From Acidimicrobiia bacterium (GTDB lineage: Bacteria > Actinomycetota > Acidimicrobiia > Spongiisociales > Spongiisociaceae): DNA of 64,000 nt. The position numbers and the translations under genes were made by a program. The notes beneath the pieces are model-generated. The model had not been told where the DNA came from. It ran no database searches and saw nothing but the letters and a program-made list of their open reading frames with translations. Numbering within the stretch: the stretch's first letter is position 1; each line of letters starts with the position of its first letter. The DNA is taken from NCBI GenBank assembly GCA_041576165.1, contig JBFGLM010000025.1:1-64000 (forward strand), given 5' to 3'. Positions 18,691-30,541 of the stretch are shown here, one piece after another.

Positions 18691-18740
18691 TAAGCACTAT
18701 TATCGCTCTATAGCAATAGTTAGCATTATATATAGTTTTC
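18691..18740. promoter_or_regulatory. AT-rich island with an imperfect palindrome and TATAAT on the minus strand
   Basis: ACTATT(ATC)GCT-CTAT-AGC-AATAGT at 18696-18720; ATTATA at 18725-18730 reads TATAAT on the minus strand; strongly AT-rich relative to the flanks. Confidence 0.5.
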
Positions 18741-19559
18741 GCGATCTAGCTGATTGAGCCAGTCGGTCACGATGCCGGCGACTTCGGTCTCGAAGCCGGC
18801 GTAATAGTGGCCGCAGCCGGCCAGCCGCACGGTCTGGACCGGCGCCGGGCAGCGTTCGGCGAAGGCGGCGACCGGGTACAGGTCCTCCGGTTCTTCCTCA
18901 CCCACGACGTAGAGGACTGGGCAGCGGATGCGGGGGGCGGCATCGAGCAAGTCGGGGCAGTGGTCCAGGAACTCGACGTAGGTGGCGGCCGAGATCACGT
19001 ACCACCAGCCCGGGGCCAAGAGCAGTTGATCACCTCGCCCCGCCTCCACCAACGCTCGAGCTTCGCGAGTCATCTCCTCGAACCGGTCCCCGGCCATCAG
19101 ACCGTTTTCGGCCATCAATCGCATCAGGTCCTTCCCGCCCCTATGCGCGGAGAGCAGCACCAAGCCAGGGGTGTCTTGTTTCGAGGAGACGTGGGCGGCC
19201 GCCAACGTTCCCCCGTTCGAGTGGCCCACGGCGACCGGGGTGTGGCCAGTCCGGTCGGTCAACCACCTCCCGGCGAGGTCGTCATCTTCCCGCGACTGGC
19301 TGATCGTCTGGAACGCGCCCCCTTCGAGCGACCGTGAGTCACGATTCGACAGGACGTCGTGGCCGCGTCGGTTGTACGCCAGGCAATGCCAGCCGTGCCC
19401 AGTCAGCACCGGCGGGAGGAAGCGGGAAGGGCCGACGTAGAAGTTCATCGTATTGCCATGGAACAGCTGTACTGCGCCGGTTGGCTTGCCGGAGGCTGCA
19501 TAGAAGGCGCCGTCGAGCGGGACGGTCGGGGTGGGAATGGACACGAGCTCGGTCCGCAT
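18726..19559 (-). CDS. Alpha/beta-fold hydrolase
   Basis: FHG, NRRGHD, nucleophile elbow GHSNGG, C-terminal GHYY. Confidence 0.88.
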   Translation of the reverse strand: MRTELVSIPTPTVPLDGAFYAASGKPTGAVQLFHGNTMNFYVGPSRFLPPVLTGHGWHCLAYNRRGHDVLSNRDSRSLEGGAFQTISQSREDDDLAGRWLTDRTGHTPVAVGHSNGGTLAAAHVSSKQDTPGLVLLSAHRGGKDLMRLMAENGLMAGDRFEEMTREARALVEAGRGDQLLLAPGWWYVISAATYVEFLDHCPDLLDAAPRIRCPVLYVVGEEEPEDLYPVAAFAERCPAPVQTVRLAGCGHYYAGFETEVAGIVTDWLNQLDRENYI

Positions 19560-19621
19560 GTTGCCTACCAGCCGGGAGGACGTGGGCGGGGCGGTTCGGA
19601 GCCGATGCTGTGCTCGGTGCG

Positions 19622-22120
19622 CTAGCCGCCGTCGGCGGGCGGCTGCGCCGGAGCCAGCCGCCCGACCACCAGCGTGATCGTGCCTTGATTCGGGACCACC
19701 CCACCGGGCCCGGGGCTGGTGGTGATGACCCGATCCACCAGCTCGGCATTCGTGACGTCCTGGAACGTGATCGCAATGTTGATGGTCACGCCGGAACTCG
19801 CCATCAGGTCCTGGATGACCTGGGTGGCCGATCCCACCGTCCGGCCGCGCAGGTCGGGCACTCCGACTTCGGGCGGGAGACCGTTCGAGACCTCGATCGT
19901 CACGGCCGAGCCGTGCGAGAGCCTGGCTCCGGCAGCCGGTGCTTGACTGATCACGACGTTGGCCGGTTCGAAGGAGTTGACCTCGACCACGGCCGGGCTG
20001 AGGTGGGCGTCGTAGATCTCCTCCGCCGCTCGGCCCCGGCTGAGGCCCACCACGCTGGGTACGTTGGTTGAGGGCCGCACGTTGTAGGCACCGGTGCCAT
20101 CGATGCCGGGGAACTCACCTACGGGATATTTCTCGAGCGCCAGCTTCATGAACGTTGCCCAGATGGGAGCGGGGACGGTTCCGCCGAAGACCCGCGAATA
20201 GGCCTGGCCGTTGATGACTACGTTGCGGAGCTCGGTTTGTTCGTCGGGGAAGCCGACCCACACCGCGGTGGTCAGGTTGGGTATGAACCCGACGAACCAC
20301 GCTTCGCGGAAGCTCTGATGGGTTCCGGTCTTGCCTCCCTGCGGCACGCCGATCTGGGCGGCGCGAGCGGTTCCGCAGCAGACCACCGATTGCAGCGGCT
20401 CCCGTGCGGCGGCCGCCAGCGCCGGGTCAATGACCTGTTCCGGCCGGATCTCGTGCTCGAACACCAACTCGCCTTCAACGCTCTCGATGCGGGACACGAG
20501 AAATGGATCGGCGTGGAGGCCGTTGGTGGCGAAGTTCGAGAACGCCGACGCCATCTCGAGTGGACTGACAGCACCCGCGCCCAGTGCGAGGGAGTACACC
20601 GGTTCGAGCGGTGATTCGATCCCGATCCGGTGGGCTACCTCGATGATCTTCTCCGGGCCCACTTCCACCGCCAGCTGCGCGTAGACGGCATTCACGGAGC
20701 TGGAGGTGGCCTGGAACAGGCTCATCAATCCGCCACCGCCACCGGCATTGCGCACCGTCCAAGTGTTCGAGCCGCCCGGACCGCACGGGAACCCGCAGTC
20801 GATCTTTTGCGGACTGCGGGCATCCCAATACGACTGCAGGGAACCACCAGTCTCGAGGTACGCCACCAGCGCGATCGGCTTGAACGCCGAGCCCGGATTC
20901 CGCCTGCCCTGCACGGCCAGGTCGTACTGCTCCTCTTCGAATGGCAGACCGGAGGACATCACCAGCACGGCTCCGGTCTGGTTTTCGACCATGGCGATGG
21001 CTCCGGTGGGAGCCCCTCGCGGGTCAGAATGTCCCTCGCCCGGCACCGGCAGCCATTCCTGCAGCAGCGCGTTGGCCTTGTTCTGCAGATCCAGGTCAAC
21101 CGTCACATAGATGTTGAGCCCGCCGCCACCCTCGCAGTCGACATCGTCGGCGGGACAGCCGAAGATGGCACGTTTGCGTTCGGGCTTGGACGCACCCAAA
21201 AACGCGAACTCGGGCTCGTTCAATAGCTGGCGGCGCACCTCGGCCACGACGTGGTCCGCCGGACTGTCGAACTCGCTGGGCGGAGCGATGGCGAACGGTG
21301 CCCGCTTGGCCCGCTCTGCCTCCTCCACAGTGATGAAGCCGTGCACTGCCATCGCGTCGATCACGTCGTCGCGCCGCTCCTGCGAGCGCTCAGGCTGACG
21401 CCGGGGGTCGTAGAGGGACGGGTTGCGGATCAGAACCGAGATGGTGGCCGCCTCGGCGATCGTCAGGTCTTCCATGTCCTTGCGGAAATACTCCTGCGAC
21501 GCCGCCTTCACGCCATACGCTGACCAGCCGAAGTACACGGAGTTCATGTAAAACTCGAGGATCCGTTCCTTCGTGTAACGCTCCTCGAGCTCGGCCGCGA
21601 ACAGCGCCTCGGTGATCTTGCGCTGGATTGTCAGCTCCGACCCGACGAAGTTCTGTTTCACGACCTGCTGGGTGATCGTGGATCCACCGCGGGTGTTGCC
21701 CCCGATGGTGTCGAAGAATGCCGAGAGGATGGCGGAAAAGTCGATACCGTCGTGCTGGAAGTACTCCGCGTCTTCTGCCGCCAGGATGGCGTTCATCAAC
21801 AGCTCGGGCACCTCGTCGATGCGAGCCGGTTCCGAGTTGCGGCCGTCGTGCAACTCAGCGAGGAGCACCCCATCTTCCGTGAATATCCGAGACACGCGAG
21901 ATAGATCGGGTAGATCCAGGTTGACCGACGCAGTCTCGGGGAAATACTCCTGGCGGAACGACTCGAAGGTGCCGTAGGCCGAGTTGAGGCCGATGAAGGA
22001 GAACAACCCCAACCACGTGGCGGACAGGACCGAGATTGTCAACAGGAGTGCCAGCGCGATGAACCAGCGACTGCGCAGTTCGCTGCGTTCTATCTGGTGA
22101 ATGGTGGGCTGCGACGGCAT
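19622..22120 (-). CDS. ponA: Class A penicillin-binding protein with 2 PASTA domains
   Basis: AED..FQHDG and GGSTITQQ transglycosylase motifs; SAFK, SVN and KTG transpeptidase motifs; VPSVVG and VPDLRG PASTA starts. Confidence 0.93.
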   Translation of the reverse strand: MPSQPTIHQIERSELRSRWFIALALLLTISVLSATWLGLFSFIGLNSAYGTFESFRQEYFPETASVNLDLPDLSRVSRIFTEDGVLLAELHDGRNSEPARIDEVPELLMNAILAAEDAEYFQHDGIDFSAILSAFFDTIGGNTRGGSTITQQVVKQNFVGSELTIQRKITEALFAAELEERYTKERILEFYMNSVYFGWSAYGVKAASQEYFRKDMEDLTIAEAATISVLIRNPSLYDPRRQPERSQERRDDVIDAMAVHGFITVEEAERAKRAPFAIAPPSEFDSPADHVVAEVRRQLLNEPEFAFLGASKPERKRAIFGCPADDVDCEGGGGLNIYVTVDLDLQNKANALLQEWLPVPGEGHSDPRGAPTGAIAMVENQTGAVLVMSSGLPFEEEQYDLAVQGRRNPGSAFKPIALVAYLETGGSLQSYWDARSPQKIDCGFPCGPGGSNTWTVRNAGGGGGLMSLFQATSSSVNAVYAQLAVEVGPEKIIEVAHRIGIESPLEPVYSLALGAGAVSPLEMASAFSNFATNGLHADPFLVSRIESVEGELVFEHEIRPEQVIDPALAAAAREPLQSVVCCGTARAAQIGVPQGGKTGTHQSFREAWFVGFIPNLTTAVWVGFPDEQTELRNVVINGQAYSRVFGGTVPAPIWATFMKLALEKYPVGEFPGIDGTGAYNVRPSTNVPSVVGLSRGRAAEEIYDAHLSPAVVEVNSFEPANVVISQAPAAGARLSHGSAVTIEVSNGLPPEVGVPDLRGRTVGSATQVIQDLMASSGVTINIAITFQDVTNAELVDRVITTSPGPGGVVPNQGTITLVVGRLAPAQPPADGG

Positions 22121-22183
22121 CGAGTCTCTAACGAAGGGTCGGGGCGAAAAGTTGCCGGTAGCATCCGGCGAGCTCAGAGGATA

Positions 22184-23761
<1,578 letters not shown>

Positions 23762-23773
23762 AGGGATGTCCAC

Positions 23774-25135
23774 ATGATCGGCGACCAACGGAAACGCTTC
23801 GTCATCGTGGGCGGTGGCCCGGCCGGCTCGACGGCGGCGACCGTTGCGGCCACCCTCGGAGCCCACGTGACTCTGATCGAGGACTCGATCATCGGTGGCG
23901 CTGCACACCTGTGGGACTGCATCCCGTCAAAGACGATGGTGGCCACGTCCATCCGCATGAACGCAATCAGGGGCGCGGAAAAGCTCGGGATCGTGCTCCC
24001 TGACGCCCACGTCGACTTGGGGCGGCTCGGCAAACGGATCGCCACGATCTCAGGCGACCTGGAGCGGGGGGCTACCGTCATCATGGAGAGCCAGGGTGTT
24101 GAACTGGTCCGGGGGCGGGGCCGGTTCGTCGACGAGCACACCGTCGTGGCGGACACGGCAGCCGGCGAAGTGAAGTTCGAGTTTGACATGGCGCTTGCAT
24201 CTACCGGCTCGGCACCGCGGGTCCCAGACTGGGCCGAAGTGGACGGCGAGCGGATCCTCACGACCCGGCACGCCTATGACCTCCCGTCCAGGCCGGAGCA
24301 CGTCATCGTGGTCGGGTCAGGGGTTACCGGAGTCGAGATGGTCCACATCTTCGAGAGCCTCGGGTGTCGGGTGACACTCGTCGTCAGCCGCCAGCAAGTC
24401 CTCCCGCACAAGGACGCCGAAGTTGCCGCGGTGCTCGAGCAGGACTTCCTCGAACGAGGCGTCCGGCTCGTCAAGGGGGCCCGGGCGATCAGCGCCGACC
24501 GTCAAGGTGAGGTAGTCGTCGTTGACACCGACGACGGACGCCGGCTGGAGGGTTCCCATGTCCTCCTCGCCATTGGCTCGGTTCCGCTAACGGACGGTCT
24601 CGGGCTCGATGCGGCCGGAGTCGAATTGGACAACGGCTATGTAACGGTCGACCAGTGGCAGCGGACCAACGTGTCGCATATCTACGCGGCCGGCGACATC
24701 ACCGGTCAAATGCCACTCTCGTCGGTGGCCAGCGCACAGGGCCGCAAGATCGCCCACCACGCGCTGGGACATCCCGACACCCCGCTTGACTATTCGAAGG
24801 TCGCGCAGGCGATCTTCACCGAGCCCGAAATCGCATCTGTCGGACTGGACGAAGCGATGGCGGCGGCCGAGGGCCGCAAGGTACGCATCACCAAAGTTCC
24901 CTTTGCGGCCAACCCCCGCAGCTTGATCCACGGCAGCACGACCGGCTTCGTGAAGGTGATGTCCGATCCCGCAACTCGGGTGGTGTTGGGCGGCACCATC
25001 GTTGGTCATCGAGCTTCGGAGCTGATCGGGATCCTGGCACTGGCCACCCAGGGCCACATCAAGGTGGACACGCTGGTGGAGACGCTCATGGTGCACCCCA
25101 GCCTCTCGGAGAGCATCTCAGACGCCGGCGAGTAG
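23774..25135 (+). CDS. lpdA: LpdA-like flavoprotein (NAD(P)H:quinone oxidoreductase type)
   Basis: GGGPAG, GGAAHLWDCIPSK (only one of the two redox Cys), GSGVTGVE, AAGD, HPSLSE; actinobacterial position next to accA. Confidence 0.8.
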   Translation: MIGDQRKRFVIVGGGPAGSTAATVAATLGAHVTLIEDSIIGGAAHLWDCIPSKTMVATSIRMNAIRGAEKLGIVLPDAHVDLGRLGKRIATISGDLERGATVIMESQGVELVRGRGRFVDEHTVVADTAAGEVKFEFDMALASTGSAPRVPDWAEVDGERILTTRHAYDLPSRPEHVIVVGSGVTGVEMVHIFESLGCRVTLVVSRQQVLPHKDAEVAAVLEQDFLERGVRLVKGARAISADRQGEVVVVDTDDGRRLEGSHVLLAIGSVPLTDGLGLDAAGVELDNGYVTVDQWQRTNVSHIYAAGDITGQMPLSSVASAQGRKIAHHALGHPDTPLDYSKVAQAIFTEPEIASVGLDEAMAAAEGRKVRITKVPFAANPRSLIHGSTTGFVKVMSDPATRVVLGGTIVGHRASELIGILALATQGHIKVDTLVETLMVHPSLSESISDAGE

Positions 25136-25136
25136 G

Positions 25137-25181
25137 GCGCCCCGATCAGGATCGGGGCGCGGGCGCCACCTTTGGTGGCGT
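25137..25181. terminator. Two tandem GC hairpins right after the lpdA stop
   Basis: GCGCCCCGATC-AG-GATCGGGGCGC (25137-25160) and GCGCCACC-TTT-GGTGGCGT (25163-25181). Confidence 0.6.
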
Positions 25182-25184
25182 TGG

Positions 25185-25345
25185 TGACGAGCGGCCTATC
25201 GGCAGCGCTTTTCTCTAGGTCGCACCGCGCAGGTCATTGCGTCTCAGATTGAAGGGGACGGCCGGAGCCTATTCCCGCTCAAACTCACCCTTTGGATTGG
25301 GCGCCCACGGAGGGGTGTCCGCTTGCCTGCCGCGTAGCTCGGTCA
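25185..25345 (+). ncRNA. Candidate 161-nt rod-shaped RNA with central bubble (6S-like)
   Basis: Nested pairings TGACGAG/CTCGGTCA, CGGCAG/CTGCCG, GCACC/GGTGT, a bubble, GCGTC/GGCGC and TGAAGGG/CCCTTTG; the G-U pairs favour the + strand. Confidence 0.45.
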
Positions 25346-25388
25346 GGCTGTGGCCGTGGCTGTGGCCGTAGCGCCGGACGCCGGCGGA

Positions 25389-25415
25389 GCCATCGTCCGG
25401 TTACCGGACGATGGC
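25389..25415. terminator. Perfect 12-bp hairpin centred on the accA stop codon
   Basis: GCCATCGTCCGG-TTA-CCGGACGATGGC. Confidence 0.6.
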
Positions 25416-27152
25416 GAGCACTTGACCGGGGCTCACGGCGTCGCCCGGCCGAACGCGGAGTTCCACGACGGCACCGTCGATCGGGGTCTTCACCTCGTTT
25501 TCCATCTTCATGGCTTCGAGTATCAGCACTGTCTCCCCGGCGTTGACCGCCTCGCCCGCCCTGGCCGCCAACTTGACGATCGTGCCTTGCATGGGGGCAG
25601 TGATGACGCCCGGCTCGGCCGAGCGGGGCGCGGCCGCCGTCTCCCGCTTCGGGCGAGCCCGGGCTGGGGCCTGACCGGCACCGGCCCGGCGCATTTCAGG
25701 AGCCCAGAAGGTCACGTCGAACCGCCGTCCGCCTACTTCGACGGTCAAGGACCGTTCGCTTCTCGCCTCTTCTTCTGGGAGCGTATGACCCGGCTCGAAT
25801 GTGATGCCGCTGAAGTCGACCTCGTCTTCCGCGAATCTGGTGTGGTGACGCGACTCTTGGAATGTCACATGATCGAGCACCACCAGATGGGCCGGGATGG
25901 TCGTCGCCACTCCTCGAATCACATACTCCTGGAGAGCTCGGCGACCCCGCCGGATGGCTTCATCGCGGGTCCGGCCCCAGACGACCAGCTTCGCCATCAG
26001 GTTGTCGTAGTACTGCGACACGGTCGCCCCGGGCTCCATCCAGCTATCAACTCGCACCCCGAATCCTTGGGGCTCGCGATAGTCGGTGACCTGCCCCGGG
26101 TTGGGTAGGAACCCCCGAGCCGGGTTCTCGGCGTTTATGCGGAACTCAATGGCATGGCCCGAGAGTTCGACCGAGTCGAACGAGAGGGGAGCGCCTTCCG
26201 CCACGCGTAGCTGCTCGGCGACCAGATCGATTCCCGTCACCATCTCGGTGACGGTGTGCTCGACCTGGAGCCGGGTGTTCATCTCCAGAAAGTAAAGATC
26301 ACCGTTGTTGTCGAGGAGGAACTCGACGGTGCCGGCGTTGCGATAGTCGCAGGCCTCGGCCACCGACAGCGCGGCCTGCCCCAGCGCGTGCCGCTGTTCT
26401 GCGCTGAGCGCCAGTGAGGGCGCCTCCTCTATCAACTTTTGGTGGCGTCGCTGAACCGAGCAGTCCCTCTCACCGAGGAACACGCCGGCTCCGTGATTGT
26501 CGACGATGATCTGAGCCTCGATGTGGCGCGGTTGGACGAGGTACTTCTCGACGTACACCTCGGGGTTGCCAAAATAAGCATCGGCTTCCCGGCGAGCTCC
26601 TTCGAATGCCAGTTGGAGTTCCTCCGGTCCGTCTACGACCCGCAGCCCCTTGCCGCCGCCGCCGTGGGCGGCCTTGATCGCCACCGGATACCCGAACTCG
26701 TCGGCCACGGCGGCAACGTCATCCGGAGTTGAGAGCGGATCGAGCGTGCCGGGGACGGTCCGGACGTCGGCCTTCTCGGCGGCGTTGCGCGATGCGATCT
26801 TGTCGCCCATCGTGGCGATGGCGCTCGGTGGTGGGCCGACCCAGATGATGCCGGCGTCCATCACCGCTTGGGCGAAGGCGGCGTTCTCGGCCAGGAAGCC
26901 GTAGCCCGGATGCACAGCATCCGCGCCCGATTCCTTGGCGATGCGAACTATCCGATTGCGGTTGAGGTAAGACTCCGAGGCGGGTGCCCCGCCGACGTTC
27001 CACGCCTCATCGGCGAGCTTGACATGGAGTGCGTCTCGGTCGAGTTCGGAATAGATCGCGATGGTCCGCAGCCCCAACTCGCGGGCGGTGCGGATGACCC
27101 GCACGGCAATCTCACCGCGGTTGGCAACCAGCACTGACTGCATCAGCCGCAT
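25401..27152 (-). CDS. accA: Acyl-CoA carboxylase alpha chain (biotin carboxylase + BCCP)
   Basis: VLVANRGEIA, HPGYGFLAEN, GGGGKG, EMNTRLQVEH, EAMKM. Confidence 0.96.
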   Translation of the reverse strand: MRLMQSVLVANRGEIAVRVIRTARELGLRTIAIYSELDRDALHVKLADEAWNVGGAPASESYLNRNRIVRIAKESGADAVHPGYGFLAENAAFAQAVMDAGIIWVGPPPSAIATMGDKIASRNAAEKADVRTVPGTLDPLSTPDDVAAVADEFGYPVAIKAAHGGGGKGLRVVDGPEELQLAFEGARREADAYFGNPEVYVEKYLVQPRHIEAQIIVDNHGAGVFLGERDCSVQRRHQKLIEEAPSLALSAEQRHALGQAALSVAEACDYRNAGTVEFLLDNNGDLYFLEMNTRLQVEHTVTEMVTGIDLVAEQLRVAEGAPLSFDSVELSGHAIEFRINAENPARGFLPNPGQVTDYREPQGFGVRVDSWMEPGATVSQYYDNLMAKLVVWGRTRDEAIRRGRRALQEYVIRGVATTIPAHLVVLDHVTFQESRHHTRFAEDEVDFSGITFEPGHTLPEEEARSERSLTVEVGGRRFDVTFWAPEMRRAGAGQAPARARPKRETAAAPRSAEPGVITAPMQGTIVKLAARAGEAVNAGETVLILEAMKMENEVKTPIDGAVVELRVRPGDAVSPGQVLAIVR

Positions 27153-27228
27153 GGTAGGAGCGTGGCGGGTGGCGTGCGATCCCATCTACCCAATGGCAGA
27201 CCGGACGGCAGTTCAGCCCTCGACAGGC

Positions 27229-28779
27229 TCACAGAGGGATGTTCCCGTGTTTTTTGGGCGGTAGCTCCTCGCGTTTGTTACGCAGCATCGCGAGCGCGCG
27301 AATCAGCTTGGCGCGGGTGGCCCGAGGCTCGATCACTTCGTCCACGAGACCCAGTTCGGCGGCCACATATGGGTTGTTGAACTTCTCCTCGTACTCCGCG
27401 ATCAACTCTGTGCGCCGGGCATCGGGATCCTCCGCGGCGGCTATCTCGCGACGGTGGATCACGTTGACCGCGCCCTGGGCGCCCATCACCGCAATCTCGG
27501 CACTGGGCCAGGCGAAGACCCAGTCGGCTCGTATGCCGCGAGCATTCATGACGAGGTATGCCCCTCCGTACGACTTGCGCGTGATGACGGTTACGCGCGG
27601 AACCGTTGCCTCGCAGTAGGCGTAGAGCAGCTTGGCGCCGTGGCGAATGATCCCACCGTGTTCCTGTGCCACGCCGGGGAGGAAGCCGGGAACGTCCACG
27701 AAGGTGACGAGCGGGACGTTGAACGCGTCGCAGAAGCGAACAAACCGGGCTGCCTTCTCGCTGGCGGCGATGTCGAGGGTGCCGGCCAGTACGGCAGGCT
27801 GGTTGCCGATGATTCCGACGCTGTTTCCTTCCAAGCGGCCAAAACCAACGACGATGTTCTGCGCGAAGTGCTCGTGCACCTGGTAGAACTCGCCGTCGTC
27901 TACCACCAGCTCGATCAGTTCCACCATGTCGTACGGCTGGTTGGGGCTATCGGGGATGATGCTGTCGAGCTCTTCGTCGGTCCGGTCCGGCGAGTCCGTC
28001 GGCGTGAAGTACGGCGGTGTCTCCATGTTGTTCTGCGGCAGGTAGGACAGGAGATACCGCACCTCCTCGAGAGCAGCCACGCCGGTATCGGCGATGAAGT
28101 GGGTGACGCCGGACTTGGTGGCGTGAGTGGTGGCCCCGCCCAGCTCCTCGAAGGTGACTTCCTCGCCCGTGACAGCTTTGATCACGTCGGGACCCGTGAT
28201 GAACATGTGGCTGGCCCCGTCAACCTGGTACACGAAGTCGGTGATGGCGGGGGAGTACACCGCGCCGCCTGCACACGGACCCATGATCACCGAGATCTGA
28301 GGGATCACTCCCGAGGAGCGCACGTTGCGTTCGAAGATACGGCCATAGCCGTCCAGTGATGCGACGCCCTCCTGGATCCGGGCGCCCCCCGAGTCCTTCA
28401 GGCCGATGATGGGCGCTCCGACCTGAAGGGCCATGTCCATCACCTTGATGATCTTGTCGGCCACCGCTTCACCGAGGCTGCCGCCGAACACGGTGAAGTC
28501 TTCGGCGAAAACGAACACCGTTCGACCATCAACCGTGCCGTGCCCGGTAACCACCGCATCGCCCAGCGGGCGGGTGGCTTCGATGCCGAAGCCGCGCGCT
28601 CGGTGTCGCACAAACATGTCGGTTTCCTGGAAGCTGCCTTTATCCAGGAGAAGGTCGATACGCTCGCGGGCGGTGTACTTGCCGAGTTCGTGCTGGCGGT
28701 CGACCGCTCTCTGACTCCCGGCGTGGAGCGCTGCCTCGCGAAGCTCCCGAAGGTGCTCGATTCGTTGTTCGGTACCCAT
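27229..28779 (-). CDS. pccB: Propionyl/acyl-CoA carboxylase carboxyltransferase beta chain
   Basis: DFTVFGGSLG, DSGGARIQEG, GPCAGGAVYSPA, DVPGFLPG, KKHGNIPL. Confidence 0.95.
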   Translation of the reverse strand: MGTEQRIEHLRELREAALHAGSQRAVDRQHELGKYTARERIDLLLDKGSFQETDMFVRHRARGFGIEATRPLGDAVVTGHGTVDGRTVFVFAEDFTVFGGSLGEAVADKIIKVMDMALQVGAPIIGLKDSGGARIQEGVASLDGYGRIFERNVRSSGVIPQISVIMGPCAGGAVYSPAITDFVYQVDGASHMFITGPDVIKAVTGEEVTFEELGGATTHATKSGVTHFIADTGVAALEEVRYLLSYLPQNNMETPPYFTPTDSPDRTDEELDSIIPDSPNQPYDMVELIELVVDDGEFYQVHEHFAQNIVVGFGRLEGNSVGIIGNQPAVLAGTLDIAASEKAARFVRFCDAFNVPLVTFVDVPGFLPGVAQEHGGIIRHGAKLLYAYCEATVPRVTVITRKSYGGAYLVMNARGIRADWVFAWPSAEIAVMGAQGAVNVIHRREIAAAEDPDARRTELIAEYEEKFNNPYVAAELGLVDEVIEPRATRAKLIRALAMLRNKREELPPKKHGNIPL

Positions 28780-28913
28780 GCGTCCCTCGTTGCGGATTCG
28801 GCCCCAGGCGCGCCTGGCTGCGGTTCGTAAGGATTGCGGCAACCCGGGTCGACACTGCGCCTTCGGCGGCACCGCGCCGCTAGCGTCATGGATTGGACTC
28901 CGGAGTCACCGAT

Positions 28914-29609
28914 TTGGCTACACCCTACGCCCAGTTCGACCTCGAGGGTACCGGGAGCACCCAGGATGACGCAGCGCGCCTGCTGGCCGACCGTGCGGCC
29001 GTGGTCGTTTCCGCTACCAGGCAAAGCGCGGGCCGCGGTCGGCTCGGCCGCGGCTGGACGAACGCGCCACGGGCGCTGGCGGTCTCCGTCGGCTTCCGGT
29101 CGGGTTGGCCACCCGACACCTGGCCCCGGATTTCGCTGGTGGCCGGCCTGGCCGCCCGCGATGCTCTGGGCGAGACGCTCCGGCTGAAGTGGCCCAACGA
29201 CCTGATGCGCGGCGGCTTCAAGGTCGGCGGCATCCTGACCGAAGCCGGCGGTTCCACAGTCATCGTGGGCCTCGGCGCCAACCTGTTCTGGCCCCGAGCT
29301 CCCGTGGGGTACGGGGCCGTGTTCGATCGGGTAGACCGGGTGCCAGGATCGAGCCCGCTGGCGAGTCATTTTGCCGATGCACTCTTCGAACGTCTCGACC
29401 GCGGGCCGGACGATTGGGGTCATGACGAGTACCGCGCCGTGTGCGTGACCCTGGGTCAGGACCTCCGTTGGGAACCGGGAGGTTCGGGCCGGGCGACCGA
29501 CATCGGTCGCGACGGCTCGCTGCTGGTGCTCACGGCGGGCGGACCCGAGGCGCTGATGTCGGGCGAGGTGCACGAGGTGCGTCACGCAGACGCAGACGTG
29601 CGGGACTGA
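28914..29609 (+). CDS. birA: Biotin--acetyl-CoA-carboxylase ligase (no N-terminal HTH)
   Basis: STQD, QSAGRGRLGRGW, KWPND, KVGGIL; TTG start after GGAG. Confidence 0.92.
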   Translation: MATPYAQFDLEGTGSTQDDAARLLADRAAVVVSATRQSAGRGRLGRGWTNAPRALAVSVGFRSGWPPDTWPRISLVAGLAARDALGETLRLKWPNDLMRGGFKVGGILTEAGGSTVIVGLGANLFWPRAPVGYGAVFDRVDRVPGSSPLASHFADALFERLDRGPDDWGHDEYRAVCVTLGQDLRWEPGGSGRATDIGRDGSLLVLTAGGPEALMSGEVHEVRHADADVRD

Positions 29610-29779
29610 CGGGTGGCGGGCCGGAGGACCGTAGCGGCCGATCCGGCCGCGCCGCCCGCGCGCCGCACTAGCCTGTCGGACCGAACTGGGACCGATGCCA
29701 CCTTCAGACGGACCGGGTTACAGGGCCGGCAGTACTGGCGATCAGAATCGACGACGAGAACGAAGAGGAGACTGCGTAG

Positions 29780-30538
29780 ATGACAGTGCTCGCCTTCGAG
29801 GGCACGTATCCGATTCTCTACCGGGATTTCGGACTGCCGACCGGGAGTGCGTACACGGAGGGCTACATTGCCCGTCCGGACCGGACCGGCTCGTACCCGC
29901 TGATCTTCGTGCTGGCCGGACTGGATGGCATCACCCCAACGATCAAAGACATTTGTCGCAGGTTGGCCCGCCACGGCTACGCGGCCGTCGCACCGGATCT
30001 GACCCGTGGAAACCACCCCGGCCGCGGAGCTTCGGAGGCGGCCTTGTTCGCGACGTATGCGGGCATCAGCGACCGCCGGGCGATGGCCGACATCGAGCAG
30101 GCGTACTGGTTTGTTACCGAGGACGATTCGGACTGGACCGTTGACGGCCCGGCTGGGATCGTGGGTATCGACATCGGCGGACGCTTCGGAATCATTCATG
30201 CGGCCAACCGCCCCGGAGTGGCAGCTTTGGCGGTGGCATACACCCCGCTCGCCGGCGATGAAGACCGTGACCACTCCGTAGCGGATGCGCTCGGCCGTCT
30301 GGTAATGCCCGTCCTCGGGCTCTATGGCGACAGCGATCCGTTGGTGCCGGCCGAAAGCGTCGACGCCGCCCAGCACCTGAATCCCCACGGCCAGTGGATC
30401 CTCTATCAGGGCGTTGGTCACGACTTCCTCGACGAGGATTCGCCCTCCTACGACGCGGGGGCTGCCGGCGACGCCTTCCAGCGCATCGTCGGACTCATGC
30501 GCGCGCATCTGCCCCAACCCGTCCTACCGGAAGGCTGA
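29780..30538 (+). CDS. Dienelactone hydrolase-family protein with Asp at the nucleophile position
   Basis: RRLARHGYAAVAPDL, GIDIGG (canonical GxCxGG), GDSDPLVP, YQGVGHDF; RBS GAGGAG. Confidence 0.85.
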   Translation: MTVLAFEGTYPILYRDFGLPTGSAYTEGYIARPDRTGSYPLIFVLAGLDGITPTIKDICRRLARHGYAAVAPDLTRGNHPGRGASEAALFATYAGISDRRAMADIEQAYWFVTEDDSDWTVDGPAGIVGIDIGGRFGIIHAANRPGVAALAVAYTPLAGDEDRDHSVADALGRLVMPVLGLYGDSDPLVPAESVDAAQHLNPHGQWILYQGVGHDFLDEDSPSYDAGAAGDAFQRIVGLMRAHLPQPVLPEG

Positions 30539-30541
30539 GGT

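Noticed and set aside
18691-18740. AT-rich patch as a dif site or replication origin
   Set aside because: No convincing XerC/XerD arms and no DnaA-box cluster; kept only as a regulatory candidate
29669-29779. About 100-nt leader of the DLH-like gene as a riboswitch
   Set aside because: A -10 (TAGCCT) is plausible, but no convincing stems or known aptamer consensus were found
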